A DNA stretch of 64,000 nucleotides from Macrostomum lignano. Lineage: Eukaryota. The stretch is from assembly GCA_002269645.1 (NCBI GenBank), contig NIVC01001458.1:222146-286145 (forward strand), written 5' to 3'. Below, one piece after another: positions 26,025 through 36,125 of the stretch (the first letter of the stretch is position 1; each line of letters opens with the position of its first letter). The notes beneath the pieces were generated by a model. It was not told where the DNA came from. It saw only the letters and a list, made by a program, of their open reading frames with translations, and did no database searches. A program made the position numbers and the translations under genes.

Positions 26025-29000
26025 TAGTGTCTGTGTGTCTGTCTGTCTATCTGTGTGTCTGTCTGTCTGTCTGTCTGTCTTAGTGTCTGTGTGTCTGTCT
26101 GTCTGTCTGTCTGTCTTAGTGTAAGTCTGTCTGTCAGTAAGGATTAACAATCATCATAATGAATGCACATGGAGCAGAGTGAGGCTGCACCTCTTCGGTA
26201 TGCTAGCGTGCACTTATTATATTTCTTCGCCGGAAATTAGGAGAATGGCTACACTACTGGCATAGTAGCCTTGCCATCAGGATATGACTGCTTGATATTA
26301 GGTCTCTTATTCATTAAACCTAAAGCCCACAATAGTGCACAAGCATGACGGAGAAAAACAGCTATGATATTTCAAGCGTAACTGAATTTTATCCATCTAA
26401 TGAAAAAACAAGAATCCAATTTCGCGTTCATCCACCCTGGGGTGCTTTTTTTCTCGTTTCGTTACATTCCTAAAATGCAGCTGTTTGCTGCTTTAATTTT
26501 GCTATTTTATTTCCGCGGATGATGAGGCGCTGCACTCTGCAAAATTTATTCGATGGACCATGCGAGGCAAAGCGTGTGCAGTCAATTTACTGTCGAATAT
26601 TTATAGTATCTGCAAAAAATTATGCAGCAACTGGGGAAGAACACGCGTATCCAAGACAACAGACGTTTGGCGGATTGCTCGTGGGAACAGCTGCCTAGCC
26701 TGTGTAGACAGACAGACAGACCGACAGACAGGCAGACAGACAGACAGACAGACAGGCAGACAGACAGACAGACAGACAGACAGGCAGACAGACAGACAAA
26801 TAGCAAGGCTCATGGGGGATTGCTAAGATGTCAAGGCTCATGGGGGATTACTAAGATGTCAAGGCTCATGGGGGTATCGCTAAGATGTCAAGGCTCATGG
26901 GGTATTGCTAAGATGTCAAGGCTCATGGGGTATTGCTAAGATGTCAAGGCTAATGGGGGAATTGCTAAGATGTCAAGGCTAATGGGGGAATTGCTAAGAT
27001 GTCAAGGCTAATGGGGGAATTGCTAAGATGTCAAGGCTAATGGGGGAATTGCTAAGATGTCAAGGCTAATGGGGAATTGCTAAGATGTCAAGGCTAATGG
27101 GGGAATTGCTAAGATGTCAAGGCTAATGGGGGAATTGCTAAGATGTCAAGGCTAATGGGGGAATTGCTAAGATGTCAAGGCTAATGGGGGAATTGCTAAG
27201 ATGTCAAGGCTCATGGGGGGAATCGCTGAAATGCTGTGGCATTAACAAGCTTTAATAAATTAGCTCGTAAATGCGACGGCACAAGGTGAAAACCTACAGG
27301 TAGTTTATTTAAAAACTTTTGAGCTGCTCCTAAGCTCAAACTAACTGTAAAAGCAATACTCGCTTGCTCCTTTGAGTAACGAATTTAATCATGCAGGCGG
27401 TCTGCCTCTGACGTGTATGGCGCAGACTGGGGGGGGGGCAGACCAGCACTTTAAGTAATGTTTAAACTCTGCTAAATTTATTCTTGTAAATGATTAAATT
27501 GAATGCTCACAGGATCAAGCTGGCTGCAACAAAGGTATAGCATATTCTAATCCGAACATTTCATTAGCGAGATGGCAAATTAACTTCAGTGCTTTAATAT
27601 TAAAGCACTGTATTCCGTCTGCTATACACAGTGTGTTCTCTAAATAGATTATTTTGTAGATAGCATTGCGTCAAATGGGGCTCTACAACCATTAAAGAAA
27701 GTGCTGAGTGCACTTTAAGCGACATTGTCGCACAACCGGCGAGAGGCATTGCTGCCCATTCCGCCGACTCCCCTGAGCAGGCACACAAGCGCGCGGATAC
27801 GTACGCAGTCATACGCACAGGCACATACTCACACAGGAGTGCGCAGCGGCCCTAACTTTATATTATCGTTAGGCATGTACACTTCACTGCGCCTTGGGGG
27901 TTGGCCATCAAGGGCGTCAATTGCACGAGCAGAGCCAAGCCGAGATTCCAATTCAGCCGCAGAATCAATGTGACTGCACTTGGAATCGAGCCTGGGCCGC
28001 TGGCACATCAGAGCGTCGCACTGGACCACTGGGCTACCCCCCCCCCCTAAGACATCGACATGGTTTAGACAATATTTCCACCGTCTGTTTCTGACACTGT
28101 GAAGTCTCTGACGGTGTGAAGCGATGCGTTACCAAAACTACCATTACTACAGCATATAACTTATTGTTGAGCGAGTCCAGATGATGCCTAGTAAGAAAAT
28201 AAACGCCAACAGAAACATTTGGTTTCCTATTTTGGAAAAAAACAAAGCGACATCTGCACACTAGAGCTGAGGAACACTGGCTAAAAAACTCTGCTATTAA
28301 TGACTATTTGTTAGTTTGTAAAAAGTTTAGCAACATGGGAACCGATTCAGCTATTGACCATAAGCTTAAAATTATTGAAGCAATGGGTTGGAGCGTGAGC
28401 TCAGAGTACTGTGAGCAGTACAGTCTGTTCTATCTCGGTACATTCTACTATCTAGCTAACTGACACGTCCTTAATCTCATTAAAGGCCAACAAAAATTCA
28501 AATAACATCCTTACGTATATCATCGGACAGAGAGATGATCAGCTGCGGCATTATAGTGCAACCTTTCACCGCTTCTAGGTCTTCGATCGAGTGCACCAGA
28601 AGCGGGTCGCAATATCTGGCGCAATTTCTAGCATCGGCGCACTTTGAGCACACCTGACCGTCACTCACGGCGTAGCCAAGCGGACAGGCCTGCACGCAGG
28701 TGCCATTGAATAGCTTCATCGTGGTGCGCTCGATTACTGACAGGGTGTTAGATGAGGACCGGATGCTGGACATGCTGAATCTGGTCACGCAGTCGCTGGT
28801 CCGAATGCACACCCAGTCCCTATAGGACACGTAGCCAGCTGGGCAGCGGTCAACGCAAGCCCCATTGAGTCTGTAGCCTTTGCAGGCGGCGCAGCCTCTG
28901 TTGGTGACATTGTAACAGCCGCCCAGGCAGGCAGATGGACAGCAGGTCTTGCTGTAGTCGCCGCCCGCTGACGAACTGACTAAGCAGCCGGCCGCTCCGC

Positions 29001-32000
29001 AGGCTGCACTGCACAGCTTCTGGCAGAATGACAGACTCCAACAGTGCTCAGGGTTGGGGCACTTGGGCCTGCGAGATTGATAGGTGCGGTGGTAAGGAAC
29101 TGATTAATTACCGTTGCTGAGCACTAATCAGGCTGCCAATCATTCATGGGGTTGGCGGCCAAGCAACTGACTCTTATGGTCTTATGAGCAAAATTGCCTC
29201 AGCGCTGTGCTAGGGTGCCCGACTGTCCTCCTGCAAATATTAATTTCATAAACGCAAAGTTTTGTCCGCAGGCGTAGCCACAGGCAAAACAGAAGCAATA
29301 TCGACAGATTCAAAGGTTTCCCTAAGCTGGCATTCAACTTCCTGGCCTTGGGGCCTCCAGACAGAGGGGAAAGCCACCCGAACTTGGAACAGTTCTGCGC
29401 TGTGTACTTTTATACACAATAAGACGCGAGTTCATTGCGTTTTTACTCGAAGCAAGCTGGGACTCTAATTGAAATCAGAATCCTAACTGATGCAGCTATG
29501 CAAATAGGAGGCCTTGCAAAAGAGACCGGAAGCCCTATATGTTAGCTAGGCAAGGGTAGGACACGCGCCGAGCAATCTAGCTCAAATGTCGATCGCGACG
29601 AGACTAACAGATGGCTGAATAACATACTCACAGAAAATTCTTCTCCCTATATATTTCTATTGCTGTCTAATAATTGCTTATCTGGGGCAAGTTGAGACAC
29701 TGGAAAACCTGGGGGAGGGGGTTGGGGCAGTCTAACTGAGCTCTACGATTCGTCAATAAAAAGCTGACAGTCCATCTGATCTCTAGAGAAATCCTACCTT
29801 CACCTTATCTATCATCTAGCCATATTGATTGCATTCTTGGCGGCGGAATAAGAACCGGATTAGAAGTTCAAGTAAAATCTTTGCTGAGATATCGTATCAT
29901 AAAATAGACTTTTATTAGACTGCAAAACTATAAATCCTTCTAAAGCTCAAGTTGTAAAATTAAACCATCTTGAAGCTTCGAGCTGCAAAACTAAATCCTC
30001 CTTAAGATTTAGACTGTAAGATTTAAGTCTGTAAGATTTAAGTCCTCCTAAAGCTTCACACTGCGAAACTAAATCCTCCTAAAGCTTCACACTGCGAAAC
30101 TAAATAAATCCTCCTAAAGCTTCAGACTGCGAAACTAAATTCTCCTAAAGCTTCACACTGCGAAACTAAATCCTCCTAAAGCTTTACATTGCGAAACTAA
30201 ATCCTCCTAAAGCTTCACACTGCGAAACTAAATCCTCTTAAGCTTCAGACCGCAAAACTAAATCCTCCTAAAGCTTTAGACTGCGAAACTAAATCCCCCT
30301 AAAGCTTCACACTGCGAAACTAAATCCCCCTAAAGCTTCACACTGCGAAACTAAATAAATCCCCCTAAAGCTTCACACTGCGAAACTAAATCCTCCTAAA
30401 GCTCCACACTGCGAAACTAAATAAATCCCCCTAAAGCTTCACACTGCGAAACTAAATCCTCCTAAAGCTCCACACTGCGAAACTAAATAAATCCTCCCAA
30501 AGCTTCACACTGCGAAACTAAAAATCCTCCTAAAGCTTCAGAGTCAGACTGCAAAACTAAAACTATACAGACTAAACCCTATATAGGCTTAAAATGAAAA
30601 ACTTTTTGTCATGAACAATTCTGAGCCCATAAGCCAGCGGAGCTAAAAGCCATAAGCGCCATCATCATCGTTGTGCATCGTCAGTCGCCAACTCCCCTTT
30701 CCCAACCGTTTCCTCACTTAAGCCTGTGCGTTTGTTTCTCTGTCATGCGTTCGTGTCGATTGCATCAATGCAATACCCATACTGCCGTGTAGGCCAGTGC
30801 ACAGCCACATGCCCATTGCAAAGTCACTTAGGCGCGCATAAATGATTGAATGAAAAAAATTAAGTGAGCGATATAGGGGCAGGGCAGTGGCAGGGGATAG
30901 CACCACCCTACCAGTGTATTAACTGTTTTAAGAGCAAAATTCATGCAATGACAAAGTATAAATCAATAATGACTAGTAATGACTAAGCATATTTATATTG
31001 ATTTTTCAGACTGCAAAGACAGACAATTCAATGCGGGTATTAAAGTCTATAAGCCCAAAAATGGATTAGCAATGTTCCTCAATGGGGTTTTTAATGTTCC
31101 AAATATTCAATAGGAGTTTTATATCCTAGGATCCTCAATGCGATTTTATTGTCCCCGGATCCATAATTGGATTCTGATGTCCCAGATCCTCAATGCGATT
31201 CCAATATCTCGGTATCCTCAATGGGATTCTAATGTCCCAGATCCTCAATGGGATTCTAATGTCCCAGATCCTCAATGGGATTCTAATGTCCCAGATCCTC
31301 AATGGGATTATAATGTCCCAGCTACTCAATGGGATTCTAATGTCCCCGGATCCTTGATGGGATTATAATGTCCCAGCTACTCAATGGGATTCTAATGTCC
31401 CCGGATCCTCAATGGGACTATATTGTCCCAGATCATTAATGGGATTGTCCCAGATCCTTAATAAGATTCTAATATCCCAGCTACTCAATAGGATCTTAGA
31501 AATTTCGGCATTTTCATGAGGATTTTCAATGACGGGCGTTGTCAGAGCCCCAACAAGTTTGTAATGCATGCAAAGGGGTGAATTTTATTGCTTGGGAAAC
31601 TCTTCCCAAACGAACACACGGTGACAGGATGATTGATCAGCTAAAACCCTAGCCAAATAATCGAATTGAATGGACCAGTCTTAGTGGCGCATTTTGTAAA
31701 TCCCCTCGCCTCGGGGCTTAGTCTTGAATTTTAAGTCACGTGACCCATAAGTTCATTACCAGCTGTCTTATAAATTGGTGTCAGCAGCGAGTTGGCAAAT
31801 TTTGCATTGCGACCCAAGATGAACTTTTTATTACAGTACAGTCCTCTACGAGTACATGTGCACTCGAAATGCACTGAACTGATTGCAGTTTTTGATTAAT
31901 AAAAATGGAGATACAGAGACTGCCCGGAATATTTTCTGTAGGACGAGGACGCTCTTCTCTTAATTGGCCATTTTTCAGAAGCACTCGGCATTCTCGATGA

Positions 32001-35000
32001 CCAGCCGGAATTCTCTCTTACCCCAAACAAAATCATCGAAACCCACACTGGGTAATTTTCTTAACACACCCTAAATCTGCTAAAACACACCCTAAATCTG
32101 CTAAAACACACCCTAAATCTGCTAAAAACACCCTAAATCTGCTAAAAACACCCTAAATCTGCTAAAAACACCCTAAATCTGCTAAAAACACCCTAAATCT
32201 GCTAAAAACACCCTAAATCTGCTAAAAACACCCTAAATCTGCTAAAACACACCCAAAATCTGCTAAAACACACCCAAAATCTGCTAAAAACACCCTAAAT
32301 CTGCTAAAAACACCCTAAATCTGCTAAAACACACCCAAAATCTGCTAAAAACACCCTAAATCTGCTAAAAACACCCTAAATCTGCTAAAAACACCCTAAA
32401 TCTGCTAAAAACACCCTAAATCTGCTAAAAACACCCTAAATCTGCTAAAACACACCCAAAATCTGCTAAAAACATCCTAAATCTGCTAAAAACACCCTAA
32501 ATCTGCTAAAAATACCCTAAATCTGCTAAAAAACACCCTAAATCTGCTAAAAACACCCTAAATCTGCTAAAAACACCCTAAATCTGCTAAAAACACCCTA
32601 AATCTGCTAAAAACACCCTAAATCTGCTAAAAACTCCCTAAATCTGCTAAAAACACCCTAAATCTGCTAAAAACACCCTAAATCTGCTAAACACCTTCCA
32701 AATAAATGGAATTCTCTAGACACATATCAAATAAACACACTAAACTAAAGACAAAACACACCAAGTCGCTAAACACCCACACACTAAAATCTCCTAAAGC
32801 ATCTTCTAAAGCCCTTAGACATTTTGAAGGCTCCGCAAATCCAGCAAACCGTTGTCGCGCTATCTCCACTCACTTGTAGACGATCTTAGTTCGATCTGAT
32901 GCCTCCTCTTTCTTCCAATCACCTGGACAGACGTCTCTGCACAGAGTTTTATCGGGCACGTTGTGAAAATTGGTTTTATATCCCGGGCTGAGTATAGCCG
33001 AGAAGTTCACCGATCTGTAGTAGCAGAGCTTCGGCGCGCTCTCGACCCGAATGCCGCCCCGATAAATGCGTCGCAAATTCGGCAGAGCCATGTCCTGAGT
33101 TATAATTGAGATGGAATTTTGCATTTTATTGAGTCTCTTGGCCTGCTAAAATATTACTCATTTTACATATCATAAGCAACTATAAAAATATCGTTGATCT
33201 TAAACATTTCATTGTCAAACTAAACAAATTATAGAGCAATCACGACCTGAATCATAGCACTTCTATGATCAACTGCTGAAAGTTCATTGGAGCTTCTATG
33301 ACCAACTGCTGAAAGATCATTGGAGCTTCTATGACCAACTGCTGAAAGATCATTGGAGCTTCTATGACCAAATGCTAAAATCCCATAGGAGCTTCTATGA
33401 CCAACTGCTAAAATCCCATAGGAGCTTCTATGACCAACTGCTAAAATCCCATAGGAGCTTCTATGACCAACTGCTAAAACCCTATTGGAGCTTCTATGAC
33501 CAACTGCTGAAAGTTCATTGGAGCTTCTATGACCAACTGCTGAAAGTTCATTGGAGCTTCTATGACCAACTGCTGAAAGATCATTGGAGCTTCTATGACC
33601 AACTGCTGAAAGTTCATTGGAGCTTCTATGACCAATTGCTAAAATCCCATAGGAGCTTCTATGACCAACTGCTGAAAGTTCATTGGAGCTTCTATGACTA
33701 ACTGCTAACATCCCATTGGAGCTTCTATGACCAACTGCTAAAATCCCATTGGAGATTCTATGAGCAACTGCTAAAATTTCATTGGAGCTTCTATGAGCAA
33801 CTACTAAAATCACTTTGGAGCTTCTATGACCAACTGCTGAAAGTTCATAGTTGATAATATTATGTAAGCACCAATTTATCGCTAAAGCCAGGGGGAGCGT
33901 AGCCCAGAGGTCTAGCGCGGCGCTCTGATGTGCTAGCGGCCCAGGCTCGATTCCAAGTGCAGTCACATTGAGTTGGGGCTAAATTGGAATCTCGGCTTGG
34001 CTCTGCTCGTGCAATTGACGCCATTGAGGCCCAACCCCTACCCCAAGGCACAGTGAAGTGTACATGCCTAAAGATAAATAAAGTCAGGGCTGCTGTACAC
34101 TCCTGTGTGAGTGTGTGCCTGTGCATGCTCAGGGGAGTCAGGATGCCATACCACAAAAAATACCAAATTAAAAGGCAGGCTCCTACCTGGAGGTCGGGCA
34201 AATCGAAAATCACCAAAGCGTAGCTGTCGTGAGTGGCCAGGCCGCGGATCACGGTGAGCTGGGGAAACAGCTGGGCCAATGTGGTGAGGTTGCGCAGCCG
34301 GTACAGCACCAGGAAGCCGGATATTTCGCGCAGATGAGGGAAACTCACGGCCCCGTTCATGTCTATGATGCTGAGCACTACATTGCCGTCTACGGCTGTG
34401 CAATTAAAGAACGTCTGCGCTTTCCCTACGGGCGACATTGTCATGCTGATGGAGTTGCAGACTGCGGGTGGTTGGTTAAATTAGTACGCAATTTTGCATC
34501 ATCTATCGGAGGAAAATGCTTAGTTACTAAAAGGGATAACTTTTTGAGTTGCTGCTCAGAAAGGTGCTTGGTCAAGTTTCAAATGGAGGGATGCTGAGAT
34601 GCCAATTGGCTCAATGGGGAGTTGCTGAGATGCCAATTGGCTCAATGGGGAGTTGATGAGATGCCAATTGGCTCAATGGGGAGTTGCTGAGATGCCAATT
34701 GGCTCAATGGAGAGTTCCTGAGATGCCAATTGGCTCAATGGGGAGTTCCTGAGATGCCAATTGGCTCAATGGGGAGTTGCTGAGATGCCAATTGGCTCAA
34801 TAGGGAGTTGATGAGATGTCATGGCTCAATGGGGAGTTGATGAGATGCCAATTGGCTCAATGGGGAGTTGATGAGATGCCAATTGGCTCAATGGGGAGTT
34901 GATGAGATGCCAATTGGCTCAATGGGGAGTTGATGAGATGCCAATTGGCTCAATGGGGAGTTGCTGAGATGCCAATTGGCTCAATGGAGAGTTGCTGAGA

Positions 35001-36125
35001 TGCCAATTGGCTCAATGGGGAGTTGCTGAGATGCCAATTGGCTCAATGGGGAGTTGCTAAGATGCCAATTGGCTCAATGGGGAGTTGCTGAGATGCCAAT
35101 TGACTCAATGGGGAGTTGCTGAGATGCCAATTGGCTCAATGGGGAGTTGCTGAGGTGCCATGGCTCAAGGGGGAGTTGCTGAGGTGCCATGGCTCAAGGG
35201 GGAGTTGCTGAGATGCCATGGCGCAATGGGGAGTTGCTGAGATGCCAATTGGCTCAATGGGGAGTTGCTGAGATGCCAATTGGCTCAATGGGGAGTTGCT
35301 GAGATGCCAATTGGCTCAATGGGGAGTTGCTGAGGTGCCATGGCTCAAGGGGGAGTTGCTGAGGTGCCATGGCTCAATGGGGAGTTGCTGAGATGCCATG
35401 GCTCAATGGGGAGTTGCTGAGATGCCATGGCTCAATGGGAGTTGCTGAGATGCCAATTGACTTAATGGGGAGTTGCTGAGGTGCCATGGCTCAAGGGGGA
35501 GTTGCTGTGGCTGAGATACCATGGCTCAATGGGGAGTTGCTGTGGCTGAGATGCCATGGCTCAATGGGGAGTTGCTGTGGCTGAGATGCCATGGCTCAAT
35601 GGGGAGTTGCTGAAATGCCATGTCTTAATGGGGGAGTTGCTGAGATGCCATGGCTCAAGGGGGAGTTGCTGAGGTGCCAATTGGCTCAATGGGGAGTTGC
35701 TGAGATCCCATGACTCAATGGGGAGTTGCTGAGATGCCAATTGGCTCAATGGGGAGTTGCTGAAATGCCATGGCTCAAAGGGGAGTTGCTGAGATGCCAA
35801 TTGGCTCAAGGGGGAGTTGCTGAAATCTGAAATCAAGTGGCATTTATAGTCCAAATCCATCCAGGATACCAATATTAAAGGTAACGAGTCATGATATACA
35901 AGGTTAATATTACTTATTTACACATCCTAATAGCAAAGAATAGACTTTTTGGTGAATTACCAATAATATTTAAAACTACTAATAACATTTTCAACAAAAA
36001 ACAAATATAAATATAAAAATATAAAAATTCTCAATAGGATAAGAAAGAAACTTACTTTTTCCATCTCCACATCTGACACCACAGAAAAGCAAACTAAGAA
36101 ACAAGATTATTGATTTGTAGAGCAT
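5956..36125 (-). CDS. InR: Insulin/IGF-like receptor tyrosine kinase gene, ectodomain part (signal peptide-L1-CR-L2-FnIII-1-FnIII-2/ID-FnIII-3 start); continues beyond the left edge
   Basis: Nine exons join in frame with GT-AG junctions (phases 1,0,2,1,2,0,2,0,2). Family motifs: [16 protein letters not shown]...[10 protein letters not shown]...[21 protein letters not shown]...CQK furin-like Cys-rich domain, [45 protein letters not shown] (alphaCT), [24 protein letters not shown]. Confidence 0.95.
6352..7058. repeat. 31-bp minisatellite AGAACCGGAAGTATCTAATCCCACCCATTAC
   Basis: About 20 units; related array at 9346-9700. Confidence 0.95.
7071..7455 (-). CDS. InR: InR exon 8 (insert domain beta, Thr-rich, FnIII-2b)
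   Basis: AG|G gives R-PEMRNI; ...[16 protein letters not shown]|gtaagt. Confidence 0.9.
7582..8855. repeat. 20-23-bp minisatellite ACACATCAAAGGCGATTCTCA
   Basis: More than 50 units. Confidence 0.97.
9346..9700. repeat. 31-bp minisatellite of the CCGGAAGT family
   Basis: agacaaccggaagtatctaatctcaccttat units. Confidence 0.92.
10226..12560. repeat. 31-34-bp minisatellite CGATCCTTCAGTGCCCGCTGCTGCCTCTCTC
   Basis: About 70 units; source of three spurious 770-810-aa ORFs. Confidence 0.97.
13045..13565. repeat. 18-bp minisatellite GAGAGTCTGAGAACCTTA (duplicate at 19068-19455)
   Basis: Tandem units seen directly. Confidence 0.95.
13573..14071 (-). other. InR: Second copy of InR exon 7 with a 1-nt deletion (probable assembly duplicate)
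   Basis: Near-identical to 19463-19962; gcacccgc versus gcaccccgc shifts the frame near 13650. Confidence 0.8.
14090..15120. repeat. 24-25-bp minisatellite GGGTTGCAACTCAATTAGGGGGAT (duplicate at 19978-21020)
   Basis: About 42 units. Confidence 0.95.
16335..17320. repeat. 20-bp minisatellite CTGTCATGCTGTTTTCT(ATA/GTG), alternating variants (duplicate at 22238-23232)
   Basis: About 49 units. Confidence 0.95.
17547..18185 (-). other. InR: Second copy of InR exon 6 with several 1-nt indels (probable assembly duplicate)
   Basis: Near-identical to 23458-24097, differences are almost all single-base indels; close to the contig end. Confidence 0.8.
18949..19067. other. Assembly gap (119 N)
   Basis: N run; sequence right of the gap restarts at the equivalent of position 13162. 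Confidence 0.99.
19463..19962 (-). CDS. InR: InR exon 7 (end of FnIII-1, FnIII-2a, insert domain alpha with polyQ and alphaCT), intact copy
   Basis: [12 protein letters not shown]...WKPPLKPNG...[13 protein letters not shown]; AG|gtaaat donor. Confidence 0.92.
23458..24097 (-). CDS. InR: InR exon 6 (end of L2, FnIII-1), intact copy
   Basis: 640 nt open: [12 protein letters not shown]...[12 protein letters not shown]...LLGYSIYYR; GTT|gtgagt donor. Confidence 0.9.
24205..25140. repeat. 24-bp minisatellite GGTCACATGACTGGCACAATGGAT (truncated duplicate at 18295-18948)
   Basis: About 39 units. Confidence 0.96.
25191..25344 (-). CDS. InR: InR exon 5 (L2)
   Basis: [42 protein letters not shown]; not in ORF track; phase 1 in, phase 2 out. 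Confidence 0.92.
25525..26135. repeat. (CTGT)n microsatellite; inverted (CAGA)n at 26705-26800
   Basis: Seen directly. Confidence 0.95.
26805..27240 (-). repeat. 28-29-bp minisatellite, family shared with 34587-35828 and 44690-51350
   Basis: Reverse complement aattcccccattagccttgacatcttagc; ends in an exact gccacagcatttcagcgattccc unit. Confidence 0.9.
27745..28047 (-). mobile_element. tRNA-derived SINE copy
   Basis: Reverse complement aligns with 33891-34147 over more than 200 bp. Confidence 0.75.
28515..29068 (-). CDS. InR: InR exon 4 (furin-like Cys-rich domain, start of L2)
   Basis: [18 protein letters not shown]...[10 protein letters not shown]...VKGCTIM; open over 554 nt. Confidence 0.93.
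29990..30560. repeat. 31-bp minisatellite CTAAAGCTTCACACTGCGAAACTAAATCCTC
   Basis: Seen directly. Confidence 0.93.
31120..31500. repeat. 27-bp minisatellite GATCCTCAATGGGATTCTAATGTCCCA
   Basis: Seen directly. Confidence 0.9.
32062..32692. repeat. 20-21-bp minisatellite CACCCTAAATCTGCTAAAAA
   Basis: About 31 units. Confidence 0.95.
32874..33094 (-). CDS. InR: InR exon 3 (end of L1, start of CR)
   Basis: [35 protein letters not shown]; AA|gtgagt donor. Confidence 0.93.
33260..33848. repeat. 33-bp minisatellite GGAGCTTCTATGACCAACTGCTGAAAGTTCATT
   Basis: Seen directly. Confidence 0.93.
33891..34147 (+). mobile_element. tRNA-derived SINE copy
   Basis: GGGGG-start, A-box-like TAGCCCAGAGG, B-box-like GGCTCGATTCC; second copy in reverse at about 27745-28047. 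Confidence 0.75.
34187..34461 (-). CDS. InR: InR exon 2 (L1 domain)
   Basis: cag|TCTGC acceptor, CAG|gtagga donor; [10 protein letters not shown]...[16 protein letters not shown]. Confidence 0.93.
34587..35828 (-). repeat. 29-31-bp minisatellite GAGATGCCAATTGGCTCAATGGGGAGTTGCT
   Basis: About 40 units; reverse-complement core CTCAGCAACTCCCCATTGAGC. Confidence 0.95.
36056..36125 (-). CDS. InR: InR exon 1 (signal peptide [23 protein letters not shown])
   Basis: Hydrophobic 23-aa leader followed by A|gtaagt donor; phase 1 joins exon 2 to give GK-I-CNSIS. An in-frame upstream ATG (MALLKCRQAKP) is an alternative start. Confidence 0.75.

Noticed and set aside
31781-31984. 67-aa ORF as an extra InR exon
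   Set aside because: No receptor similarity, and exons 3 and 4 already join in frame.
33891-33965. tRNA gene
   Set aside because: A- and B-box-like motifs are present but the acceptor stem does not close and the sequence continues into a body shared with another copy, so it is a SINE head.
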